64,000 bases of DNA, from contig NC_043013.1 in assembly GCF_006345805.1 (NCBI RefSeq), positions 50,902,001-50,966,000 on the forward strand, in the 5' to 3' direction. The stretch comes from Octopus sinensis (lineage: Eukaryota). The position numbers were made by a program, and so were the translations under genes. Every line of letters starts with the position of its first letter. Position 1 is the first letter of the stretch. Below, piece by piece: positions 1-12,359 of this stretch. Under the pieces are notes generated by a model. The model did not search any database. It was not told where the DNA came from and saw nothing but the letters and a program-made list of their open reading frames with translations.

Positions 1-156
1 CTTCTTTCAGTTTCCGTCTACCAAATCCACTCACAAGGCATTGGTCGGCCCGGGGCTATAGTAGAAGACACTTGCCCAAGATGCCACGCAGTGGGACTGA
101 ACCCGGAACCATGTGGTTGGTTAGCAAGCTACTTACCACACAGCCACTCCTGCGCC
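1..156 (-). mobile_element. tRNA-derived CORE-like SINE (family A here), 5' half
   Basis: Reverse strand reads ggcgcaggagtggctgtgtggtaag (A box) ... ggttccgggttcagtccc (B box) ... gcatcttgggcaagtgtcttct (CORE-like). The same text recurs about 20 times in the window. Confidence 0.9.
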
Positions 157-515
157 TATGTATGTATTTATCTATCCATTGATGACAGTGTTTATACCTG
201 TCTGTGTCTGTCTGTATATCTGCCCACCTGTCTCTCAAATTATGTCTGTTTGTCTGCCTTTCCGTCTATGACCCATCCTCCTACAACCCATCCCCTTTTT
301 CATCTTCATGATTTTTTCATCTCGTTACATACATGCTCACATACACACATACACTGTGGCCTAACTACCTAACTACCTACCTACATACATATATAAATGC
401 ATATGTACGCATGCACACACACAGAATCGTGCATGCATGTATCAATACATATGCATATACATACATTGAATAATATATACGTACACACCACACACACACT
501 GATACATGTATATAT

Positions 516-663
516 GTGGTTGTGTAGTAAGTACCTTGCTTATCAACCACATGGTTCCGAGTTCAGTCCCACTGCGTGGCACCTTGGACAAGTGTCTTCT
601 ACTATAGCCTCGAGCCAATTGAAGCCTTCTGAGTGGTAGATGGAAACTGAAAGAAGCCTGACG

Positions 664-700
<37 letters not shown>

Positions 701-890
701 CTCCATATAACTTGACAACCAATGCTGCTGTGTTTACGTTTTTGCAACTTAGCAGTTTGGCAAAAGAGACTGATAGAATAAGTACTAGGCTTACAAAGAA
801 TAAGTCCTGGGGTCGATTTGTTCGACTGAGGGTGGTGCTCCAGCATGGCTGCAGTGAAATGACTGAAACAAGTAAAAGAATATAAGAATA
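516..890 (+). mobile_element. SINE family A, full length with internal (TA)/(TG) microsatellite
   Basis: Head, CORE-like accttggacaagtgtcttct, central microsatellite and tail ccagcatggctgcagtgaaatgactgaaacaagtaaaaga. Further copies near 3310-3718, 4973-5130, 8443-8810, 11184-11345, 14405-14575, 14660-14810(-), 20640-20850, 23085-23290(-), 36645-37040, 37147-37545, 39155-39560, 44790-44930, 55510-55862(-), 56415-56790(-), 57300-57590. Confidence 0.9.
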
Positions 891-1701
891 CACACACAAC
901 GCTCATGCATATATATATATACACACACACATTTATATATCCATATATTCATTAATGCATACATAAATACACACATAGAAAGATGTATGCATACATACAT
1001 AGATAATGCATTCATACAAATGTATATAAATACACACACACATTGACGCATATGTGCATGAATACACTCACACATACAGACACTCACGTACACACATAGA
1101 TATATATACATACATACATACATATATAAATGCACACATACATAAATATGCAGGCACGTACACACACACTCTCTCTCACAAATACACGCAAACTTATACA
1201 TACATACACACACATACAAACACACTTACAAATACATATATACTTATACATACACACACACACATGTATGTATATATGATACATACACATATATGCACTC
1301 ACATACACACACATACACACACTCACAAATACATACATATATATATAAATTTATACATGTACATATACACACACAAGCAATCAGAAATATACATCCATAT
1401 AGACACACACTCACACAGACACACACACACATTCAGTCCCACTGTCACATACACACTTGCCAAAAATATGTAATACATGGATAATGTGCATGTTATACAT
1501 ACACACATAATACATACATGTATATATATATATATATATACACACACATACGCACATCCATATATATATGTAGACACACACACACACACACATACATACA
1601 GTCATTCACACACACACACACACTGATGCACACACAGTCAATCACACTTATACACACACACAGAGTCACTTACAGTCTCACATACACACAGCTGTGTATA
1701 T

Positions 1702-1733
<32 letters not shown>

Positions 1734-2438
1734 GACAAATACATACACACACACACATATACAGGCAGTCACTTACACACACGCATACACACACAGTCAC
1801 ACATTCTCGTATGCACATTAGCAAATACATACATAATGCATACATACATATATAAACATACACGTATAGCTAAGTATGCAGACACACACACACACACGTA
1901 CAGAAGCATACATACATAGAAACACACTTACACAGACACACACACACACACACACACAAGCATGCCTCCACACAGACGCTGTCTTTCCATTCATGCCATG
2001 GCTGATGTGTAAGGGTACATGTATGGAAGATGGTTCCATAGAAGACATGTGAAAGAGCTTAGCCGACTTCTGTCTTTCTCTGCCAATGTCACACTGACAC
2101 CAAGAATTAACCTACTGTCTGCCTAATTCTAAACATAGAACACACACACACACACACACACTCTCTCTCTCTCTCTACTATTGCAAAGACGTTTTCCATT
2201 CAATAGAAGCAAGAATTACAGGTCACAAAATGTTCTTTGCATTTCTGTTTTATTTATTTATTTTTTATTATTTTTTTTTCAACAAATCTACAAATTAAAT
2301 AAAACGGTGGAAATATAACAAGTAGATGTGTATACATGTGCTTGTGTGTGTGTGTGTGTGATATAAGTATGGATGTTCTGTATGTCTGTGTGTGGTATGT
2401 ATGTGTGTATGAGTATACATACATCTATATATATATAT

Positions 2439-2469
<31 letters not shown>

Positions 2470-2900
2470 ATGAGTATACATACATATATATATATATTAT
2501 ATGTATCTATGTATGTGTATGTATATAAATATGTAGTATATATAATGTACATATGTATATTTATAAACACACACACACACACACTCACATATATATATAT
2601 ATACATATACATATATATATATATAATACATACACACACACATATATATAGTACATACTTATATACACGTATATACATGTACTGGCAAATACATATACAC
2701 ACACACTTTCACATGTACGCATACATACATCTATCTTTCTATCTATCTATCTATCTATTTATCTATCTATATACATATATATATATATATATGCCTTCAT
2801 GTATATGCATATACATATATAACTACATATATCTGTAGATAAACACATATATATGTGAATATATGTATATATATTTATGTGTGTGTATATATATGTGTGT

Positions 2901-2942
<42 letters not shown>

Positions 2943-3451
2943 TATACACATAATATTTGGGTGCGTTAATACTCATGCTTACACAAACACACACACGCGC
3001 ACACACACACACATATAGACACAGATATTTACACCTGTGTATTTATGTGTAAAATGAGAATTAGAGTGAAATTGGAATTTTTTTCCCATAAAATTATTAA
3101 ATTCAAATATTGGAATTCCTCTTGATTACAGTTGCTTTTCACTTTTATTTCCAAACTTTTAATCCAATTATTCAAAGAAATAACAGAAATCGGTCTTTAT
3201 CTTTTTTTCATTTTTATCTTTCTTTTGTTTATATATTTCACTTTTGACTTTTCGAGATGTCTTTTATCAGACTGGTGGATTTTTCCTGATATACATGTAT
3301 ACATATATATGTGGTAAGTGCCTTACTTACTAACCGCATGGTTCTGGGTTCAGTCCCACTGTGTGGAAACTTGAGCAAATGTCTTCTTCTATAGCTTCAC
3401 GCTGACCAAAGCCTTGTGAATAGATCTCGTAGACAGAAACTGAAAGAAGTC

Positions 3452-3482
<31 letters not shown>

Positions 3483-4244
3483 TATGTATGTATGTATATG
3501 TTTGTGTGACTGTGTTTGCCTCCCCACCATCACTTGACAACTTGACAACCGATGCTGGTGTTTACATCTTTGTTCTCTAGCGGTTCAGCAAAAGAGATTG
3601 ATAGAATAAGCACTAGGCTTACAAAGACTAAGTCCTGGGGTTGATTTGTTTGACTAAAGGTGATGCTCCAGCATGGCCGCAATCAAATGACTGAAGCAAA
3701 TAAACGAGTAAAAGAATACACACACACACACACCTACACACATACATACACACACACACGCATATATATGTATATATATTTATATATTGCATTCTATCTG
3801 TTATGACGACGAGGGTTCCAGTTGATCCGATCAATGGAACATCCTGCTCGTGAAATTAACATGCAAGTGGCTGAGCACTCCACAGACACGTGTACCCTTA
3901 ACGTAGTTCTCAGGAGATTCAGTGAGTCACAGGGTGTGACAAGGCTGGCCAGTCAGGCGGCTCTGACATCGACACATTCGTATGGTGCTTTTTACATTTA
4001 TGTATGTGTGTGTATGTGTTAGTGTTTGTCCACCGCACTGCTTGGTAGCCAGTGTTTGTTTGTTTATGTCCTTGTAACTTAGTGGTTTGGCAAAGAGACT
4101 GATTCATTTAACTAAACTCTTCAAGGCAGTACCCCAGCATGTTTGCAGTCATGTGACTGAAGTAGATTAAAGACAAAAGGCAAAAGATTTGAAATTATAA
4201 AGAAGAGGAACAAGAATTCAATACAGAAGAATAGTGTAAATATT

Positions 4245-4430
4245 CTTTTCTGCTCTGGGCACAAGGCCCGAAATTTTAGGGGAGAAGTCCAATTGATTAG
4301 ATCAACCCCAGTACGCAACTGGTACTTAATTTCTCAACCCAGAAAAAATAAAAAGCAAAGTCAAGTCAACCTTGGCAGAATTTGAACTCGGAACGTAAAG
4401 ACAGACGAAATCCCGCTACGCATTTTGCTG
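4245..4430 (-). mobile_element. tRNA-derived SINE family B, tail variant 2
   Basis: B box gagttcaaatt, body gttgactt...ctggggttgatctaatcaat, tail aaatttcgggccttgtgcccagagcagaaaagaat. Similar copies near 7272-7490(-), 14826-15035(-), 15160-15300(-), 22165-22555(-), 36377-36552(-), 52700-53300(-), 55062-55275(+), 59645-59760(-). Confidence 0.85.
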
Positions 4431-4812
4431 CTTTGAAGTGTGTAAATATTGTATTGTTATGCTGCGTGTAGTCTCTGTTGATACTCTGAGTTTGTGTAAT
4501 AAGTCTTTGCTGTTAGAACATAGTAAACCATTAAAACTGAAAATCAAATGATGAAAAACCTCCATATTGCACAAACGTATATCTTGTGTATATTCTTGCT
4601 TTATACATTTTCTCCTTCTCTCCCTATCTCTCTCTCTCTCTCTTTCTCTCTCTCTCACCACATACACACACACACACACCACATGCATGCACACCACACA
4701 TGCATGCACACACACACACACTGGATGACTAAAATCCAGTTGGAATGTTCAATGGCAAGCTGCCTTCATCAAAACCAAAACCATAGAAGACCAATTTGTG
4801 TTTCATTAACTC

Positions 4813-4972
4813 TTTAGCATTTAAACTGACCATATCCAGCCCAAATATTCTATCTGTTTTATGTCTAAAATGGCCACATCTGACCTCTCCTGACAACCCT
4901 ACAATATCATTCTAAAAATAAAGAACTACGTAACGGGAATGCATGATTAAATTCAAAGCAATATGAATAAAT
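4813..4972 (-). mobile_element. Fragment of a short TTAA-ended dispersed element (MITE-like)
   Basis: Homologous to 15930-16322 and 34533-35659; ends in ...tttaaatgctaaag. Confidence 0.55.
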
Positions 4973-5580
4973 AGGCGCAGTAGTGACTGTGTGGTAAGTA
5001 GCTTGCTTACCAACCACATGGTTCCGGGTTCAGTGGCACTGTGTGGCACTTTGGCAAGTGTCTTCTATTATAGCCTCGGTCCGACCAAAGCCTTGAGAGT
5101 GGATTTGGTGGATGGAAACTGAAAAAGCCTGGAATATATATATATATATATATATATATATCTTATTATAAAAGGCAGATTTTCTGCCTCCGTTGTCCTT
5201 ATAGAAATCTACAATATAGGATTTCTTCAATTACAAGTACCTAGCATTTTTAAGAGTAGAATGCATCGGGTCTTGCCAGGTCCACTTTTTAAAATTTCAA
5301 CCCCAATAAGCAAATTTATAGAAAACTCACATTGTTGTATAAGTCAAATGCTTTCTTAGTGTGGGCTACAGCACACGCAAACACACACACCAGTGTGCAA
5401 CGTAAAGTGAAAGTAATTCACTTTTTGTAGTGAGTGACTCCTTCACTCTGCATTCCCACTTCCTCTTTACACACATAGACACGCAAATATATAAATAAAA
5501 TTGTAAGCTAACGTGTGTGTGTGAGTGTGTGTGTGTGTGTGTGCATGTGTGTGTGCGTGTGACGTGAGGGTGTGACAGGA

Positions 5581-6420
5581 AAGTTTTTTAGGACGAATAT
5601 AAGACCTATATCCAAGTAGCAGAAAGATCGCCCAAAAGTGTATATAGATATTTAAATGTATTTATATATTCATCTATACACAGATGTATGTATAATGTGT
5701 GTGTATATATTTCCATAGAGGTAACCTTTCACTCCATACAAAGTTTTTTAGGACGAATATAAGATCTAAAGTATATACAAGTAGCAGAAAGATCGCCCAA
5801 AAGTGTATATAGATATTTAAATGTATTTATATATTCATCTATACACAGATGTATGTATAATGTGTGTGTATATATTTCCATAGACGTAACCATTCACTCC
5901 GCACAAAGTTTTTTAGGACGAAAATAAGATCTAAAGTTATCTCTAAGTAGCACAAAGATCGCCAAAAGTGTATATAGATATATAAATGTATTTATATATT
6001 CATCTATGCACACATGTATGTATAACGTGTGTGTATATATTTCCATAGAGGTAACCATTCACTCCATACAAAGTTTTTTAGGACGAAAATAAGATCTAAA
6101 GTTATCTCTAAGAAACAGAAAGATCGCCCAAAAGTGTATATAGATATATAAATGTATTTATATATTCATCTATGCACACATGTATGTATAACGTGTGTGT
6201 ATATATTTCCATAGAGGTAACCATTCACTCCATACAATGTTTTTTAGCACGAAAATAAGATCTAAAGTTATCTCTAAGAAACAGAAAGATCGCCCAAAAG
6301 TGTATATAAATATATAAATGTATTTATATATTCATCTATACACACATGTATGTATAATGTGCGTGTATATATTTCCATAGAGGTAACCATTCAATCCATA
6401 CAAAGTTTTTTAGGACGAAA
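5581..6420 (+). repeat. ~165-bp tandem array, about 5 units
   Basis: The motif aagttttttaggacgaa recurs at about 5581, 5741, 5906, 6071, 6237 and 6403. Confidence 0.95.
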
Positions 6421-6826
6421 ATATTTATATATAAAAGAAAGGTTGTGTGTCTGTCTACTCCGATTTAGATTCCTAACTACTCCCACATTTTGCGATGCAG
6501 TTTAACCAAAACCGGGTATCTTATAGTCGTGATTCATATCGAGCCCTTCTGGGTATTAGCGCGTGTCTACGATGAGTCTACGATTTTACAAATAATTTAC
6601 CATCATTTTTTTCCATTTTAATGCATATTTTTTTAAATAAAAAGGGAAGTAACTCTCAACTTCACACCAATATGCGTGCTCATATGCGACGTAATATCAC
6701 ATCAGCAGCATTTCCTCACACCTCCTTGCACTGGGCGAAGGAAAAATACCAGGGGATGAAAATGGTAATATTGCCATCGATTCCATTTGTACCATTGTTA
6801 AGACACCTTCTGATCTCAGATATGCA

Positions 6827-7140
6827 GTGTTCCCAGATCTACAAGCTAATCAGAATATGGATTGGATTGGCAAAAAGGCTATACTGGCCCCGAGGAATAA
6901 GACTGTTCACCATATTAATGATGAAATGCTAAAACTCATTCCTGGGGAAGTCTATGTATATCAGTCTATCGATACAACTCCTGACCCAGAGGACGTCATC
7001 AACTATCCAATAGAGGTACTCAATTCCTTTGAGCACCCCGGCCTACCACCACACTTTCTCAAACTTAAAGTTGGTGCCCTATAATGCTCATCAGAAATTT
7101 GGTTCCCCAAAACAAGCAATGCTGGCACACGTTTGATCGT
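6827..7140 (+). pseudogene. Helitron RepHel PIF1-family helicase fragment
   Basis: KAILAPRNKTVHHIN...YQSID...YPIEVLNSFEHPGLPPHFLKLKVGA, then (frameshift) IMLIRNL. Matches the RAILAPxN / YPxEFLNSL..GLPPH.L.LKVG.PIMLLRNL motifs of Helitron helicases. Confidence 0.9.
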
Positions 7141-7539
7141 TAAGTCCTTATCTCCCACCATAAACTTATATCAATATTTGCCTGAATAATCATCATAATT
7201 CAGTGCAATCATTAACAGTACTTTCAAGCAATTCAGCCCCGAGCAACGCCGGGAAATTCTGCTAGTAAAGAATATTCTTTTCTACTCTAGGCACAAGGCT
7301 CCAAATTTTGAGGGAGGGGGCTAGTTGATTAGATCGACCCCATTATGCAACTGGTACTTAATTTATCAACCCCAAAAGGATGAAAAGCAAAGTCAACCTC
7401 GGCAGAATTTGAACTCGGAATGTAAAGACAGACGAAATACCACTAAGCATTTTGCCCAGCATGCTAACAATTCTGCCAGCTCACCACCTTTGAGTAATAA
7501 AAATATGTAACAAAAAGTAGTGTAAAAAATTACCGTTAT

Positions 7540-7880
7540 CTAAGTCTCTGAGACCCCCTTCGGTCATGACTGACCTTGAGATTGCACCTAGAAAGTTACC
7601 CTCCTAGGCACAAGTCTGCGCAAGGTTGGTTATGGAAGACCAGCAGTTGCCCATGGATACTGCCCCCCCCCTCTCCATGCCACTTGTGTTGTCCAAGGGA
7701 AGGCAAAGGGGCTGATACAGCTTGGCACCTGTGACGTTGCAACTCATTTCTACAGCTGAGTTAACTGGAGCAACATAAAATAAAGTTTCTTGCTCATGAA
7801 CACAACATGCAGCCCGGTCCGGGATTTGAACTCACAACCTCATGATCGTAAGCTCGACACTCTATCCACTGAGCCATGCA
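7540..7880 (-). mobile_element. tRNA-derived SINE family C
   Basis: Reverse strand: tggctcagtggatagagtg (A box), gagttcaaatccc (B box), then tgttgtgttcatgagcaagaaactt and ctcagctgtagaaatgagttgc. Second copy at 22745-23075(+). Confidence 0.85.
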
Positions 7881-8819
7881 TTATATAAGTAATTGTGTAA
7901 AAATATACTAAAGATATGAGAATATAAATCATCATCATCATCATTGTTTAACATCCATCTTCCATGCATGCATGCATGGGTAAGATGGTTGATAGGAACC
8001 AGCCAGGTGGAAGACTACTCCAGGCTTCTGTGCCTGTTTTTTGTAGGGTTTTTATGGCTGAATGCCCTTCCTAACACCAACCACTCCCCAAAGTGGGCTG
8101 AGTGCTTTTTACGTGGCACCAGCACCAGCAAAGCCTGTTTTAGCATGATTTTTACAGCTGGATGCCCTTTCAAATGCCAACCAACTAGAATTTAAAAAAA
8201 ACAACAGTCAATTAAATCAGAATTGATTTTAAAAGTGAATGGAAATGAATTGGATTAGAAAGAAGTTGGAAACAGAATAAGAAAACAACCAGGCCCCAGT
8301 TTTAGAGTGAGACATTTTGTGGGAGTAGAAAGCCCTGACAAAGCTGACAAGAGATGCAAACACCTGATGAGACATCAATAAGGCTTGAAAATCAGTTAAA
8401 TCTGTTCATTTTTTCATTTTTCAGAGAATGAAGTAAACTTGATGCATGGCTGTGTGGTTAAGAAGTTTTTTGCTCAATCACTTGGTTCCAGGTTCAATCT
8501 TGCTGTGTGGCACCTTGGGCATGTATCTTCTACTGAAGCCTTGGGCTGGCCAAAGCCTTGTTAATGGGTTTGGTAGATGGAAACTGAAAGAAACCTATAG
8601 TATGTGTGTGTCTTTGCGTCTGTCTTTGTGTCTGTTTTTGTTCCCCACAACCACTTGACAACTGGTATTGGTGTGTTTACATAACATAGCAGTTCAGCAA
8701 AAGAGACTGATGGAATAAGTATCAGGCTTTAAAAGAATAAGTATTTGGGGTTGATTCATTTGACTAAAATTACTCAAGGTGGTGCCCCAGCATGGCCAGT
8801 CTTGTACCAAAATTTGAAA

Positions 8820-9900
8820 TCATTATCATTATCATCCTTCTTCTTCTTCATCATCTTCTCTTCTTCTTCTTCTTCTTCTTCTTCTTCTCTTCTTCTTCTT
8901 CTTCTTCTTCTTCTTCCTCCTCCTTCTTACCTTGATATCCTCCACCCCCACATCATTTATCGCCATCATCTGCCTCCTCCCCTCCATCCTCCTCTCCTCC
9001 ACTACAACATTGCATTCACATTCTTCACCGTCATCATGGTAACATCATGAATGCCACCACATCCAATACCACTACCACCATCACCACCACCGTCATCATC
9101 ATCATCATCATCATCATGTAAGACAAATGAAATGCTAAACTCAACCTCCCCACCCCCTCTCATCGACTGTCAGTCCCTCCCTCCTCACCCACGCACCTGC
9201 CCCAGTCCACTGCACTACCCACCACTCTCTTACTAAGCGTCTCCTCCTCCTCCCCCCTCCTCCTCCTCCTCCTTCCCCCTCACTGCTTCATTCACATCCA
9301 AAAACTTCCTTTGAATGATGAGGTCTCTACTCAGAAATAACATCTGGTTAGTTCAGCTATGAACACAGAGTTGCAGTGGTGGTGGTGGTAGTGGTAGAAA
9401 TAGTGGAGGTGACAGTACAGATATATCAGTAGTGTTGATGATAGGAACAGTGGTGGTAATGGTGGCAGTGGTGGTGATGATGATGGTGGTAGTGGTGGTG
9501 GTGGTGGTGGTAATGGTGGTGGTGGTAATGGTAGTGGTGATGATGGGGTTGGTGGTGGTGATGATGGTGGTAGTAATGGTAACGGTGGTGGTAGTGGTAG
9601 TGGTGGTGATGATGGTGGTGGAAGTAGTGGTGGTGGTGGTGATGATGATGGTGGTGGTGGTGATGATGGTAATGGTAGTGGTGATGATTGTATTGATGGT
9701 GGTGGTGATGATGATGATGATGGCGGTGCTGGTGGTGATGGTAGTAATGGTAACGGTGGTGGTGATGGTGATGTTAATGACGGTGGTGGTGGCGATAGTG
9801 ATGGTGGTGTTGGTGGTGCTGATGACAGTGTCGAGGCCGTAGTACCTATAATGGTAGTGGTAGCGTATGTCTGTCTGCTTTGTACTTTTTTCTCTGTACT
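8820..9900. repeat. Compound trinucleotide low-complexity field (TTC, CAT, CCT, GGT/GAT)
   Basis: Visible triplet runs; the ORFs over it are poly-T/V/M. Confidence 0.9.
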
Positions 9901-10061
9901 TTAACAACAACAACTACAACATCCCATGTAATCCATGAAACATGGAAATGTTGAACCGTTTCTGTGATGGAAGGCATCACACCAAATTACACTCACTCAC
10001 TAGCACTTCAGTGCACACTCACACTCACACTCGCATGTATATATATATATATATATATATA

Positions 10062-10440
10062 CTAGCATTATCGCCTGGCGTTGCTCGGGTTTCTAAAGGA
10101 AATAACTATAAAGCATTTTTAGAGAGTTATAGCCAAAAAATAGAAAAAAATGGAAAAAAAATTATGGTAAATTTATTTTTGAGAGTTAAAAAGGTCGAGT
10201 TGCGTCCCCTAGACAGTCTGTGGTTTGTGTTTCTGATTCTCGACCCCATGTCGAATTTATCGATTATTTTCAGAACTGGGGGAACTTTTCAAAATTTTTG
10301 CTGCGTTAGTTTTGAATTATGACATTGGGCTATGTGTGTGTCAAGTTTCATCAGAATCGGTTGAAAGCCGTGGTCAGGGTGAGGGTACAACCTGACAGAC
10401 ACACAGACACACACACAGACAAACTGCCGTTTATATATAG
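10062..10440 (-). mobile_element. Non-autonomous Helitron
   Basis: Reverse strand begins atctatatataaacggcag and ends aacccgagcaacgccaggcgataatgctag|t. Confidence 0.8.
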
Positions 10441-10457
10441 ATATATATATATATATA

Positions 10458-10971
10458 TCTATATATATAAAACTCTAGTTGTGTGAGTGTCTGTCCCCTT
10501 CGATTTAGATTCCTAACTCCTCCCACATTTTGCGGTGCAGTTTAACCAAATTCGGGTATCTTATAGTCGTGATTCATATCGAGCCCGTCTGGCTATTAGC
10601 GCGCGTCAACGATGAGTCTACGATTTTAAAAATAATTTAACATAATTTTTTATTCCATTTTAATGCATAAAATGCATCGTATGTCGATGGCGGCGGAGTT
10701 GGCGTCCACGCTCACAGCTGCACCTGTTTGCTTCTCCCCCTTCTTCCCTCCCTCGTGAAGCTGTGGGGAAGGGAGTGTAAAGAAATCAACGTCGTAATGC
10801 GTTGTGAAGGAGACCAGCGTTCTTTTAGAACAACGACTTCATGGCTTGAAGACACCAAAACAAAAATGGCTAAGAAAGCCCGAATTGGCATCTATAAGGG
10901 AAGTAACTCTCTAAAAATGCTTATATAGTTATTTCCCTTACAAACCCGAGCAACGCCGGGCAATACTGCTA

Positions 10972-10972
<1 letters not shown>
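10458..10972 (+). mobile_element. Non-autonomous Helitron
   Basis: a|tctatatatataaaa...gatttagattcctaact...; 3' caaacccgagcaacgccgggcaatactgCTAG|t. Confidence 0.85.
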
Positions 10973-11022
<50 letters not shown>

Positions 11023-11034
11023 ATTATATATATA

Positions 11035-11118
<84 letters not shown>

Positions 11119-11365
11119 ATTTATCATTCTTAAATGGGAACATTGTTGACAGTGACTTCGAAGTTTTCCTGTCTTTATACAGGTGCAGGTGTGGCTCTGT
11201 GGTAAGAAGCTTGCTTCCGAGCCACATGGTTCTAGGTTCAGTCCCACTGCATGGCACCTTGAGCAGATGTCTCCTACTATAGCCTCTGGTTGACCAAAGC
11301 CCTGTGAGTGGATTTGGTAAATAGAAACTGGAAGAAGTCTGTTGTATATATATATATATATATAT

Positions 11366-11706
11366 ACAGTGCCGCGCTGACTGGCTTCCGTGCCGGTGGC
11401 ACGTAAAAAGCACCATCCGATCATGGCCGTTGCCAGCCTCGCCTGGCCTCCGTGCCAGTGGCACGTAAAAGCACCATCCGACCGTGGCTGTTTGCCAGAC
11501 TTGTCTGGCACCTGTGCAGGTGGCACGTAAAAAGCACCCACTACACTCACGGAGTGGTTGGCGTTAGGAAGGGCATCCAGCCGTAGAAACATTGCCAGAT
11601 CAGACTGGGCCTGATGCGGCTTCCTGGCTTCCCAGACCCCAGTTGCACCGGCCAACCCATGCTAGCATGGAAAGCGGATGCTAAACGATGATGATGATGA
11701 TGATGA
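11366..11706 (+). mobile_element. RTE 3'-UTR-derived short element (truncated LINE or LINE-tailed SINE)
   Basis: Tandem ggtggcacgtaaaaagcacc units, then ggagtggttggcgttaggaagggcatccagc...ggaaagcggatgctaaacgatgatgatg, the same tail as the RTE at 48280-48540. Other copies near 7930-8175(-), 15385-15640, 16322-16755, 24270-24455(-), 35095-35560, 37700-38030, 48915-49070(-). Confidence 0.85.
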
Positions 11707-11741
11707 TATATATAGGTGCAGGTGTGGCTGTGTGTTAAGAA

Positions 11742-11965
11742 GCTGGCAGAAATTTTAGCACGCAGGGCGAAATGCTTAGCGGTATTTCGTCCGCGATTAC
11801 GTTCTGAGTTCAAATTCTGCCGAGGTCGACTTTGCCTTTCATCCTTTAGGGGGTCGATAAATTAAGTACAGTTATGCACTGGGGTCGATATAATCGACTT
11901 AATCCCTTTTTCAGTCCTTGTTTGTCCCCTCTATGTTTAGCCCCTTGTGGGCAATAAAGAAATAA
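11742..11965 (+). mobile_element. SINE family B, tail variant 1, nested in a family A SINE
   Basis: ctggcagaaattttagc...gagttcaaattc...gccccttgtgggcaataaagaaat, flanked by the direct repeat taagaagct. The host SINE A continues at 11966-12320. Confidence 0.85.
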
Positions 11966-12359
11966 GAAGCTTGCTTCCCAACCACATAGTTCCGGATTCA
12001 GTCCCACTTCATGGGACCTTGGGCAAGTGTCTTCTACTATCGTCTTGGGCTGGTCAAAGCCTTGTGAGTGGATTCGGTAGACAGAAACTGAAAGAAGCCT
12101 GTGGTAGATATGTATGTGTGTCTGTGAGTGTGTGTGTTTGTGTGTATATTTGTTCCTCATCGTCACTTGACAACTGGTGGGTGTTGGTTTGTTTACGTCA
12201 CTGTAACTTAGCGGTTCAGTAATAGAAATTGATAGAATAAGTATGAAAAATGCTTCGAGACGGTGTTCCAGTATGGCCACAGTATAATGACTGAAACAAG
12301 TAAAAGATAATAGATAAAAGATGCATCTTAATTGCAAAGGATGTACGTTTTAATTAAAA

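Larger units (their letters stand above)
5161..7265 (+). mobile_element. Composite non-autonomous Helitron with internal tandem array and helicase fragment
   Basis: A|TC 5' end at 5161; second 5'-type module at about 6421; 3' hairpin cccgagcaacgccggg then CTAG|T at 7262-7266; PIF1-type helicase motifs inside. Confidence 0.8.

Noticed and set aside
791-3040. Many ORFs rich in Y/I/C/V/H/T (also 14180-14528, 28675-30080, 32741-33302, 43105-44932, 54367-54636)
   Set aside because: They are translations of (TA)n/(CA)n microsatellites, which lack stop codons in some frames.
4457-4536. Possible minus-strand terminal exon LMVYYVLTAKTYYTNSEYQQRLHAA* after a ttttcag acceptor
   Set aside because: Only an acceptor and 25 codons, with no recognisable family. 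Too weak to call; mentioned only as context.
8364-8410. CTGATGA ... GAAA
   Set aside because: No convincing stem II or stem I pairing, so not called a hammerhead.
9353-9913. Mucin-like poly-Thr ORF (also 17295-17735 and 30550-30741)
   Set aside because: These are (GGT/GAT/GTA)n repeats open on both strands, without splice or signal-peptide support.
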